Below, in pieces: positions 46,511 to 56,800 of a stretch of DNA of 64,000 nucleotides (positions are counted from its first letter, which is position 1; each line of letters starts with the position of its first letter). Origin of the DNA: Nanobdellota archaeon (lineage in GTDB: Archaea > Nanobdellota > Nanobdellia > Pacearchaeales > GW2011-AR1); NCBI GenBank assembly GCA_049324275.1, contig JBMOLG010000010.1, forward strand, positions 70,266 through 134,265, in the 5' to 3' direction. The position numbers and the translations under genes are program-made. The notes beneath the pieces are model-generated. The model saw only the letters and a list, made by a program, of their open reading frames with translations, was not told where the DNA came from and ran no database searches.

Positions 46511-46618
46511 GATTTGAACCCCCGACCTACTGCTGTCATGAAACAGAGTTTCCTGAACAACTTCAAGAAAACTCTTGCAGTTTACAAGGCAGTTGCTCCA
46601 CCACTGAGCTACGCAGGC
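46499..46618 (-). tRNA. tRNA-Thr(TGT) with 48-nt intron at 37/38 (46535-46582)
   Basis: GCCTGCG/TGCAGGC acceptor, ACTGC-CTTGTA|A-GCAGT, GGTTCAAATCC; intron forms a long hairpin. Confidence 0.95.
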
Positions 46619-46686
46619 ATAATATAAACATAAAATTTCAGTTTAAAAGTTTTTAGGAAATATAAAATGAATTAAATAAATAGTCA

Positions 46687-47175
46687 TTAAATTAAATGTT
46701 CGTCATCTGCTCGTTTATAATCAAAAATTTCATTGACAGAAAACCATAAAGCTAACTCTCTTTTTGCATCTTCTTCATTTTCAGATGCATGAACTAGATT
46801 TTTCCCTTGCTGAAACTTTTTCACATATTCTTTGCTAGCATGGGCAAAATCTCCTCTGATAGTTCCAATTAAAGCATCTCCAGGATAAGTTGAGCCAACA
46901 ATTTTTCTGACGCTGTTTATCGCATCTACCCCTTGTATTACCATAGCGATTACAGGCTTGTTTGAAACATAATCTAATAGGTAGTCTCTAACACTTTTGC
47001 CATGTTTTTCTTCTATTGATTTTGTATAGTGTTGCTCAGCTAAGCTTCTTGTTGGACAAACTAATTTCAAACCGACAATTTTAAGGCCCCTTTGCTCAAA
47101 TCGTTTAACAATTTCTCCAATTAATCCTCTTTGAACACCATCTGGCTTAATTAAAACGAGTGTCTGTTGTATCAT
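46687..47175 (-). CDS. ndk: Nucleoside diphosphate kinase (start revised to MIQQT)
   Basis: TLVLIKPDGVQRGLIGEI..RFE, GTIRGDF, NLVHASE. Confidence 0.97.
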   Translation of the reverse strand: MIQQTLVLIKPDGVQRGLIGEIVKRFEQRGLKIVGLKLVCPTRSLAEQHYTKSIEEKHGKSVRDYLLDYVSNKPVIAMVIQGVDAINSVRKIVGSTYPGDALIGTIRGDFAHASKEYVKKFQQGKNLVHASENEEDAKRELALWFSVNEIFDYKRADDEHLI

Positions 47176-47176
47176 T

Positions 47177-47896
47177 TTATTTTTTAGATTTTTTAGGAAT
47201 AGTTTTTTCTTTTTTTGGTTTTTCAACAGATTTCTCTTTCTTTTTTGTTTTTACAGGCTTTTCTTCCTTGATTTCTTCTTCCTTTTCTTCCTCTACAATT
47301 TCGGCCTCTATTTCTTCTTCCTCTTCAACTTTTCTAGTTTCTTTTTTAATAGGGCTAAACCTTAATTCCGCTTTTTCAAGTTCCTTTGTTTCTAATACTC
47401 TTATTTCACAAAATGACAACGGATATACTTTTTTTAATTTAGGAAGCATGTTTTTTTGAAGTTCGCCTGTATAAATTTCGTCACAAAGCTGCAGATAATT
47501 TCTTTCTTTTGTATAATTTATCAAAAATTCTTTTGCTGTGCTTCTTAAATTATTCCTGACTGCTCTTGAAACTTTTTTTCTTGTGATCAAAAATGGTTTG
47601 ATAGATACATTAATATCTGTACATTTAGCATTAAATGAATCTTCAACATAAGACGTGCTTTTTCTAATCATTCTTCTTATATAAAATTTCATTAAATTCA
47701 TTCTTTTAGGAAAAGCGGCTAATTTATTTTCCTTAGATAAAATTTGAAATACGACTTCTAGGCTTTTACCTTTCAATTTTCTTGTTAAGTCTAGTTTTAT
47801 TGTATGGCCCTTAAGCAATTCTGCTGGACCCAACACAGTCTGCATTTCATTTATCATTGGGATTTCTACATCAACAAATTTTCTTTTTAATGCCAT
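47177..47896 (-). CDS. rps3ae: Ribosomal protein eS1 (S3Ae), N-terminally shortened, with a charged tail
   Basis: YIRRMIRK.TSYVEDSF, KPFLITRKKV, KKVYPLSFCEIR. Confidence 0.9.
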   Translation of the reverse strand: MALKRKFVDVEIPMINEMQTVLGPAELLKGHTIKLDLTRKLKGKSLEVVFQILSKENKLAAFPKRMNLMKFYIRRMIRKSTSYVEDSFNAKCTDINVSIKPFLITRKKVSRAVRNNLRSTAKEFLINYTKERNYLQLCDEIYTGELQKNMLPKLKKVYPLSFCEIRVLETKELEKAELRFSPIKKETRKVEEEEEIEAEIVEEEKEEEIKEEKPVKTKKKEKSVEKPKKEKTIPKKSKK

Positions 47897-47897
47897 T

Positions 47898-48209
47898 TTA
47901 TTCGATTAATAATTTAGAGATTCTTATTCCTTTTTTAATATTTTTTGATTTTCCGCATTCTTTGCAAGTATAAAGAATTACTGCTTTTTTTGTTGTTTTT
48001 GTTTTTCTTTTGAATTTTGTCGCAGCAGGCTTTGAACCCCATTTTCCAAGGTTGCCCATTCCTCTTCCTTTCCCTCTCAGCTTTGCTCTTGCAATACCTC
48101 CTCTCTTCATGGCCCCTCTTTTAGAGCCAGTGCTAACTTGCTTAAGCTTTTGTTCTGTTTGTTTTTTGCAATATGGACAATATCTTTTTGTTGTTTTTGG
48201 CAGTTTCAT
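47898..48209 (-). CDS. rpl44e: Ribosomal protein eL42 (L44e)
   Basis: MKLPKTTKRYCPYCKKQT..KTTKK..YTCKECGK. Confidence 0.96.
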   Translation of the reverse strand: MKLPKTTKRYCPYCKKQTEQKLKQVSTGSKRGAMKRGGIARAKLRGKGRGMGNLGKWGSKPAATKFKRKTKTTKKAVILYTCKECGKSKNIKKGIRISKLLIE

Positions 48210-48374
48210 AATACCTTCCTGTTATAATTTGTATTTGCTGTTTTGCAAATCCCAGTAACATTACAGTAAACTGGATGTTTATAAGACTTTCCTTATTTCT
48301 AGACTTACTTAGAATCTATAATTTAGATTAAAATTGATTTATAAATTTAATGGGTTTATTATATTTAGAATTCC

Positions 48375-48431
48375 CTCATCCGAAATCAAAGATTTTTTGG
48401 ACATTCAATTTTTGCAATTGAAATGTTTGAG
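48375..48431. repeat. Two-hairpin palindromic element related to the tRNA-Thr insert
   Basis: CTCA[TCCGAAATC-AAA-GATTTTTTGGA][CATTCAATT-TTTGC-AATTGAAATG]TTTGAG. Confidence 0.55.
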
Positions 48432-48487
48432 CTGACTTCTGCTTAAATATAAAAAAACCAAAAACATATTCTTACCTCATAGTCAAA

Positions 48488-48601
48488 TGGTCCCACCCAG
48501 GTTCGAACTGGGGATCTTTTCCATTTTGCGAACAAGTTCTCAGAAAATCCAAGAAATCTTGAACTCGTCAAGGAAACGTCTTGCCACTGGACTATGGGAC
48601 C
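48488..48601 (-). tRNA. tRNA-Val(GAC) with about 42-nt intron (48524-48565)
   Basis: GGTCCCA/TGGGACC+A acceptor, TTTCC-TTGACG|T-GGAAA, AGTTCGAACCT; relaxed BHB, so the junction could shift by 1 nt. Confidence 0.92.
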
Positions 48602-48644
48602 TTTTAATTTTGAAAAATGCTCTATATTTAAAATTTTTTGCATT

Positions 48645-48957
48645 TCAATAATTTCTATTTTTTCTTTTTTCAATTCCTTTTTCTAATTCATCAATGATAT
48701 TGATATCGAGGTTTTCAGCCAACAATAAAGTTGTAATGATGACATCTGAAATTTCTTTGTTTACTTGTGCCTCTCTAACAAACTTTTCTTTTCTTTGAAT
48801 TCCATCGTTTAGAAGGATCTCTGCAGACAATTCGCCAAGCTCTTTACAATTTTTAAAGCGAGGGGATATTTTAACTGAGCTTTATCTTTGAAATGATAAA
48901 AATTCATCAACTCTCATGTTCCTGTTTGATAAACTGGATTAATTCTTTAAGTTCCAT
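48645..48957 (-). pseudogene. MazG-like nucleotide pyrophosphohydrolase with two 1-nt frameshifts
   Basis: Reconstructs as MELKELIQFIKQEHE[R]LMNFYHFKDKAQLKYPLALKIV[E]ELGELSAEIL..KEISDVII..LLLAENLDI (EExGE...ExxD MazG motif). Confidence 0.8.
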
Positions 48958-49016
48958 CTTACACAATTTATTAAAATTTTAATAATATTTATATATCTTA
49001 TTCTCTCTATGAAGAT

Positions 49017-50864
49017 ATGAAAAAGAGGACGAAAAAAATCTCTAAAAAAGCCCAATTGACAATTTTTATCATTATAGCGATTTTAATTGTTGCAGGAATT
49101 ATTTTTTATTTTGTGCTGAGAGAATCTTCAGATAATAGCATTCCGCAAAACATGAGGCCTGTTTATGACAATTATTTGAGCTGTTTGCAGCAAAATGCGA
49201 AACAGGGAGCTAGCCTGCTAGGGGAGCAAGGGGGGTATATTGAACTTCCGCTGTATGAACTGGGATCATCTTATATGCCTTTTTCATCGCAACTTGATTT
49301 TCTCGGCCAGCCCGTACCTTATTGGATGTACGTGTCAGGAAGAAATATTGTAAAAGAACAGGTTCCAAGCAAGGACTCTATGGAAAGACAACTTGAAAAA
49401 TATATCAACGACAGATTAGATTATTGTGATTTTTCGGATTTCAACCGACAGGGATTTGATGTATTTATTGAAAATGGAAATGTAAAAGTGGTTATTGAAG
49501 ATACTAAAATTAATTTAGAAGTAAACAATCCCGTAATAATCTATTTCGAAAATCAATCTGTTGAATTAAATGAACACAAGCTTTCAATTGACAGCAAATT
49601 AGGAAAATTTTATGATCTCGCATTAGAAACTTACAATTTTGAAAAACAAAATATGTTTTTAGAAGATTATTCTTTAGACGTAATGCGTTTATATGCGCCT
49701 GTTACAGGAGTTGATATTTCTTGTGCCCCGAAAGTTTTTGTCGAGGAAAATATAAGAAAAGAGATTTCAGATGCTCTTGAAGCAAACATTAACATGTTAA
49801 AATTGAAAGGCAACTATTACGAACTTAAAGATAAGGATTATTTTGTTACAGATTTGGGCAAGGATGTAGATGAAAATGTTAACTTTATATATTCTTCTAA
49901 ATTTCCAACGAGAATTGAAATTTATGGGGATAAAATTGCAGAGCCTATAGGTTTGCAGGCTGGGCTGGGTGCAATGGGGTTCTGTTATGTTCCTTATAAT
50001 TTAGTATATGACATTAACTTTCCGGTTTTAGTGCAGTTTTACAATGCCGGGGAAATTTTCCAGTTTCCGATGTCAGTTATAATAAATAAAAATCAGGCTC
50101 GGAATAAATTGGAAGCTACGGCTGAAAAAAGCATTGAAAATGATGTCTGCAGTTATGCAAATCAAGAAGTTAAAGTGTACACCTATGATTCAGAATTAAA
50201 TCCTGTTGAATCTCGGATTAGGTTCCAATGCTTTAACTCGGATTGTTATATCGGCGAAACAAAAATTAATGGAACTGGGGCACAATTGAATGAAATGTTT
50301 CCTCAATGTGTCAATGGGATGATTATAGCAAGTGCAGATAATTTTGCTGACACCAAATATCAAATTTCGACAAATGAAGAGAATGTTGCTAATATAGTTT
50401 TAGACAGGCTTTACAATCTGCCAATTAAATTAAATGTTGAGAAGAATGTTCTAATCAGCTTTAGTTCAGATTCATATTCAAAAACTATTTTATATCCCGA
50501 ATTCAAGGAAGTGGAATTGATTGAAGGATATTATAATATAAGCATTTATGCTTTTGATAATAGTTCTTTAAAACTTCCGGCTTTAACTAATAAAAAATGT
50601 GTAAATGTTCCCAAATCAGGAATAGGGGGTGTATTCGGAATTGAAGAAGAGAAATGTTTCAATGTTAATATACCTGAACAGGAAATTAACAATGTGCTGA
50701 TTGGAGGAGGAAAAACTTCTGATTATTTTACAGAGAATCTTTTAAAAGAAAGCAATGAAATTTTCATTGAAGTCCCCATCTTTAAAACTCCGTCGAGCAT
50801 TGAAGATGTTCAAAATAATTATATAGAATTTGAAGATTCTAATGTCAATATTGAATTAAGATGA
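49017..50864 (+). CDS. Large class III signal-peptide surface protein (615 aa, Cys-containing)
   Basis: SKKA|QLTIFIIIAILIVAGIIFYF; ATGA-coupled to the giant gene. Confidence 0.85.
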   Translation: MKKRTKKISKKAQLTIFIIIAILIVAGIIFYFVLRESSDNSIPQNMRPVYDNYLSCLQQNAKQGASLLGEQGGYIELPLYELGSSYMPFSSQLDFLGQPVPYWMYVSGRNIVKEQVPSKDSMERQLEKYINDRLDYCDFSDFNRQGFDVFIENGNVKVVIEDTKINLEVNNPVIIYFENQSVELNEHKLSIDSKLGKFYDLALETYNFEKQNMFLEDYSLDVMRLYAPVTGVDISCAPKVFVEENIRKEISDALEANINMLKLKGNYYELKDKDYFVTDLGKDVDENVNFIYSSKFPTRIEIYGDKIAEPIGLQAGLGAMGFCYVPYNLVYDINFPVLVQFYNAGEIFQFPMSVIINKNQARNKLEATAEKSIENDVCSYANQEVKVYTYDSELNPVESRIRFQCFNSDCYIGETKINGTGAQLNEMFPQCVNGMIIASADNFADTKYQISTNEENVANIVLDRLYNLPIKLNVEKNVLISFSSDSYSKTILYPEFKEVELIEGYYNISIYAFDNSSLKLPALTNKKCVNVPKSGIGGVFGIEEEKCFNVNIPEQEINNVLIGGGKTSDYFTENLLKESNEIFIEVPIFKTPSSIEDVQNNYIEFEDSNVNIELR

Positions 50865-53800
50865 AGCGAAACAAAATATTTAATTTTGCAGTTCTAATAT
50901 TTGGGATTTTAATATTCAGCTCTTTAATTAATGCAGAGTTTACAAATCCTGCCCCTGATTTTAAAAATCCTACAACTAGTTTTTCATATTTGGAGCCAAA
51001 TTTTTTTTATTCTTCTCATGAAGGATCAGAATATTGGCCAATTTTGAAAGACATTGAAAATGGGCAATGCACTGCTGACAACGATTTTTTTGTAATGATT
51101 CCTCCAGGAGGATGCACGCCTGCTGTTGTAAGAAGTGATTTATTAGAAGAACAAAATGTTCCTGTTTTTTGCCAATTGTCTGCTGTAAAAGTAAATCCTT
51201 TAATTAAAGTTTCATCTGTCAAATCAATCTCATTTAAAGGAAATTATTCTAATGATATTGTGGATATAAGTTTTCACCCTGCAAGGGCAGGAGTTAAAAG
51301 TTATTATGGGAATCTATTGGGCTCGCCTTTGTTAAATAATATTGGTTATGTTGTGATTGTCTTGAAAAAGAATAAAGTAGAAAAAACAATGCCTGATTGG
51401 GTTATGGGAAATTTAACTGCAACTATATATTATGATGCTGAAAAAGCGTTTGGAACTGGCAATGCAGAATATTATTCCCCTATTTTGTCTGAAGATGAAT
51501 GGAAAACTCAATACGGCAATTATGGTTTTTGGCAATCAAACGGATTTTTAAGAGTCTCGGACATCCAAGATAATAAAGCAAAGATTGTATTATATACGAG
51601 CAAAGATAATATTTATCAATCACTCTCTTTGAAAGAAGGCGAAACAAGCAATATGATTTATTTTCCAGGATTTTATTGCAAGGCGGGCCTGCAAGTTAAG
51701 CTTAATAAAATTGTCAGCGCGGATAATCAGGCTAAATTGAACATTGATGGAAATGAAATATGGGTACGGAAAGGAAGCAAATTTTTAGACAATAAATGTT
51801 CTGTAACTGAAATTTCAGTTCTTGAAGACTATTCTGGCACAATTTCAATCAATTGCAACGGGGAAAAGATAAATTTGATACTGCAAAAATCAGGGGCATT
51901 AATCTCGATAAATAATGATGAACAGGAATATGATTTGGGAGACTCTATCCTAAATCTAAACGGAAATAATAAACTTTATTTTGCATATTCTGGAAAGGCT
52001 CCTGCAAATGTTAAATCGGAATCTAACGATTTTATTTTATTGGCCGAATCTTCTAATGAATTAAAAAAAGAAGATTTCCTAAAAATATCGCAAAAAATGT
52101 CAAGCATTTCTAAAATAAAAAAAGAAATGAATGCTGATGACTTTAAGTCAGAGATTGAAAAAACTATAAATTGGATATCAAAGGAAAAATTGCATGTTTT
52201 ATTTTTGAATGAAGAATTCAAAATCAATGAAAAAACTGTCAAATATTCAGGAGCTAAGGGATTAATCGAAAAAGAATACACCGAGGGAAATAAAGAACAA
52301 TTGCTTGAAGAATATTTCAAGGAATCTGATGAGGTTCTTAATGAATTGCTCGAAAACTATCCTTACGCTCAGGGAACGTCAGAAAAATATGCTGAAGAAT
52401 CTTTATGGAATCAATTTGAATTAGCTGAAAGATTAGGCAAACAAGAAAGCGCAAAAAAATATTTGGAGAAGATTATTGAATTATATCCTGAATCAAAATA
52501 TTTGGAGAAAGCAAAAGAAAAGCTGATTGAACTATATTCTTTTAATTATGAAAATTCTTTTGCAAATATTTATCTTAGTAATGATTATCATTATATAAAA
52601 GTTGAAAATTTTGATCCTGTAAATAAAGAAGATAAGAATGTTTATATTAATATCAATGGAGAAACAGGAATATTTGGCGAGGGCGAAAATATCGGGCTTG
52701 GTAAAAGCATAATGAACATAAGCAATGTTGATAATTATTTTGTAATAGATAAAATTGATGTGGATGAATTAAAGTTGAGTTATAAAAATAGAAGCTCTGG
52801 AAAATCTGAAAAAATCACGTTAAATAAAGAAGATCATTCAATCATGCGCGACGGGAAGGAATTAACCTTGATTGACATTAATGTAAAAAAATATGCATAC
52901 ATTTCTCTAATCCCTAAAGTTAATAATGCAAAAACAAATGCAGATTTTTCATTTAAGATTGGAATTGAAAAACGCGGGATTCAGCTATCTCCTGAAAGAA
53001 CTAAAGAGATGCTTAACGATATTAATGAGCAAATAAAAGAATGGGACGGGATTAATCAACGGCTTAACAAATTAGTGCAGGGAATGCAGGGAACATGTCT
53101 AGGACTATCAAGCATCTTAATTTTGAAGAATACGCTGTCTGGATTCAGCGGAGAATCATTGGCAAGACAGAAAGTCATGCAGTCCTATCGGGCCAAATGT
53201 GATGCAGACCCACAATATGGTTCATCTAAACGAACACAATGTTACAATGATCTTGCAGATTCAATTAATTCAGATGTTGAAAAAACAAAAAAGAGCATTG
53301 AAGAGTATAATTCTCAGATAAAAGAACTTGAATCTAAATACGTGACTAAGGGAGGATTTTTCGGAATGGGTGAAGTCATCAATAATACAGCTGTTTTAAA
53401 TGATTTTAAAGATGATTTTAAATCTAAATATGGGGATTCGGTTGTCTTAAAACTTGATGATGAAGAAGAAACTATTAAAATTGACAACATCAAGAGCTTT
53501 GAACAATTAAAAGAATTATATTTAATGAAGAGCCTGGAAAAAGAAAATATAGGCGATAGTTATCTTCAAGATTTGGAAAAAAATGCCAATGTAAAATTAG
53601 CTCCTGTAATAAAAGAGCAAAGGGCAGATAATGAAATAAAGCAAGCAGAATCTGGCTTAAATCAAATTTTTAGTGAAGGAAAAGTAAAAGTTAAATTAGC
53701 AGGTGAAGAAAATTTAAGGACAAGCGTCTGGGATGGAAGATACAACAGGGATTTAAAAAATCAAATACAAGGGTTTTCAGGTGACAAGAAAATCCAGGCT

Positions 53801-56800
53801 GTTACATATAAAACAAACCAGTATATACTTGTCTTAAGAGAGAATACCGGCCGTAGTAATTATTTGGGCGTTGAAAAGATTTTCAAGGTTGACGGAATAG
53901 AGCTTATTGATATAAGAAGCGTTAAAGCAGATACTTTAATTGATAGGGAAGAAATTAAAGATGCAATAAATGAGCTTGAAAGATATGTTTTCGTTGCAGG
54001 CGGAAGCTGCAAGACTCATATCATCGATGCAAAAGTTCAGTTTTATGAATTAGAGCCAAACAAAAATTTGCCTGCAATTGTGCCATTTGATGTTGAAAGT
54101 GGATGGTATGCAAAAGTTCCTCAAACTATCAACGGAGTTTTTTCAAGCGAACAACAAGGATACCTTGCTTCAGGTGATGTTTCATTTTTCTATATTTGCA
54201 ATGTGGGCGAGAATGGATTGATAGAAGGAATTGACAAGGACATTTGCAGAAGTTTTGATATTAATAGTTTTGAAGCACAGGAATCTAGTTTTGCAGGATG
54301 CACATTATCTTCAGGTGAAATAAAAAATCTATATGAAAATGCAATACAGGCAATCAGAGATGCTTCAAGACAATATGGAAACAAGGAAATAACTATTCTT
54401 GGCAAAAAAATTCCTGCCGGAACACCTATCAGCGGGGAGGGGGAGGTAATGGAATGCCAAGATTTCATGTCGCCAGAGGAATGCATGCTTTTATTCAATG
54501 TCTGCGATCCGGTTGTATGCCCTGTTTCCAGATGTAATTTCGGCGGGAAATTTGCTGTTCAGAATGTGGTCCAATCCGGAATTATTGGAAGCATTGCTTT
54601 ATGTTTGCCTAATTTTAATGAGGGTGTAATGATTCCAGTCTGTTTAACCGGAATTCATGCAGGAATTGATTCATATGTATCTTTATTAAAATCTGAAAGA
54701 GAATGCCTTCAGAAAAGCTTAGATAGTGGTGAAAAAATTGGTGTTTGCGATGAGATAACGTCTATTTATACATGTGAATTTTTTTGGAGAAATGTTGCCC
54801 CTTTTATGCAATTGATTCTTCCAAAAGCAATTGAGAGTGCTTATGGCTTAAAGGGTTCTGCACAAAGCGCGAGAGGAGGAGGAGAATATTTAACAGTCAT
54901 GAATGCATGGGAAAATTCTCAAAAATCAGTTGATTACTTTAAAAATAATTATGCACAGACAATGTTTAGGGCATTTGAATTGAGAAATGTTGAGCAGGCA
55001 GGAAGCGAGGCCTGCAAAATGTTTGTCGGAACAAGCTTTCCAACTTCTGCAAAAATGTTAAATAATTTGTTAGAGCCTGAAAGTCCTGTTCAATTTAATG
55101 CATGGTTTTCAGAAATCCCCTTCACTGAAGCAACAACACCTGCAACCTCGCAATATAAGATATATTATCACATTTATGCTGGAAATGATACGGGTGTTCA
55201 ATATTCAATTTATTTAAAGAATCCTCCTGCAACAAGCTATTATTCTTCTATTCCTCAAATAGGCGTGAAGAATGGATATATCGCAAGAGGAGAAAGCGCT
55301 GATGAAACATTAGATTTAACTGCCCCTGCAGGATATAAAGAATTATGTGTCGTAATAAATACTCAAGAATATTGCGGGTTCAAACAAGTCTCAACAAGTT
55401 TTGCGGTTAATTATGTAGCTGATAAAGTTAATCAAGAACAGATTAATCGTACAGATATTGATTCTGAGAAAGAATGTATTTCGGGAAGCCCTTCTATTTT
55501 GGGTGCTTTAAATCCAAATGTTCAAGCGGGAATTGAAAATTCAATAAATCCTCAAATTAATCTTAAAGGCATTGTTAGAATATGTGCATCAGACAACCCT
55601 GGAAAAAGCGTTGAACCATCAAGATGGGTTGAAGTAGGAAATTGCGGTAATAGCAATCTTAAATGCTGGCTTGATACCAATAGTGTTGAAGATGATTTAA
55701 GCATGATTAATGCGATTGATGGGACAAATAATATTGCAGATTTGCAAAAACAATCTGAAAAATTAGATCAAGGGATTTTAAGTGAAGAAGACAGCTTAAA
55801 AGAATTGGGAAACCTGCGGGAAGAGTCAAGGACTGCAATCAAAAATTTGGAAGCAGGGGAGTTGAAGAAATATAGCGATTCTGATTTAAAAAATTATATT
55901 AGAAATCAGATTAATTCATTAATCAACAACAGCGATAAATTTGCCCTTGGAGACAGCGAAACATTGATTGGCAGGGCATATTCTAATAATCATATTGCAG
56001 AGGCAATTAGCTTAAAGTTGGATGTTTATAGGGCGGTTGTTGACGGTATTTTTAAGCAGGAGATTAAGGAATTAAAACCAAAGTTTGAAGCTAAGCCTGA
56101 AATAAATGAAACTAATGAAGAGACTAATAAAACAAATGAGTCTGGAGCAGAAATTATTGCTTCTCAAGAAGGTTGTAAGGTTTTCATTGGAAATAAAATT
56201 ATAGATATTGCCAAAGAAATTAAAAAGCAAAATAACATTAATGATGAAAAAGTTTTAGATGATACTGGTTCTAAAAATTTTGAATGTTTAGTATTGCAGA
56301 TTGCTTATCAAGAGAGTTTGCTTCAACATTGCAAGAAAATTGAAGAAAGTAGCTGTTTATATTGTGACGATTCTGCAAAAAATGTTTTGAAAGCGGGAGG
56401 GGATGAAGAAAGTTATGGTGTCATGCAGGTTAATAAAGACATACATAAAAATGCTGATGTTTATAATTTTGAAAACAACGTTAATTACGCTATTAAAAAT
56501 GTTTTAATCCCTGCATGGAACGAGCATAAAAATGAGAAGGTTGCAAATTATTGCGGAAATGGGCCTTATTCCGGATGGAGACTTGCTATTAGGTATTATA
56601 ATGGATATTCACCAAATGACTGCAGGCAGGGAGATGCGGATTATGTGGAAAAGGTTATTGGAAGGAAAGAAACAATACAAAAATTATTTCCTGACGAATG
56701 CGGAGAAAAATCTGAAACTTTTGCTTCAGTCAGCAGTGCAACAAATGCAGTCTTAAAAAAAGCAGGAGAATTTGCAGATGAAAAAAGAAAATCTTCCACT

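Noticed and set aside
48443-48673. 76-aa ORF-track call
   Set aside because: Runs through tRNA-Val; spurious
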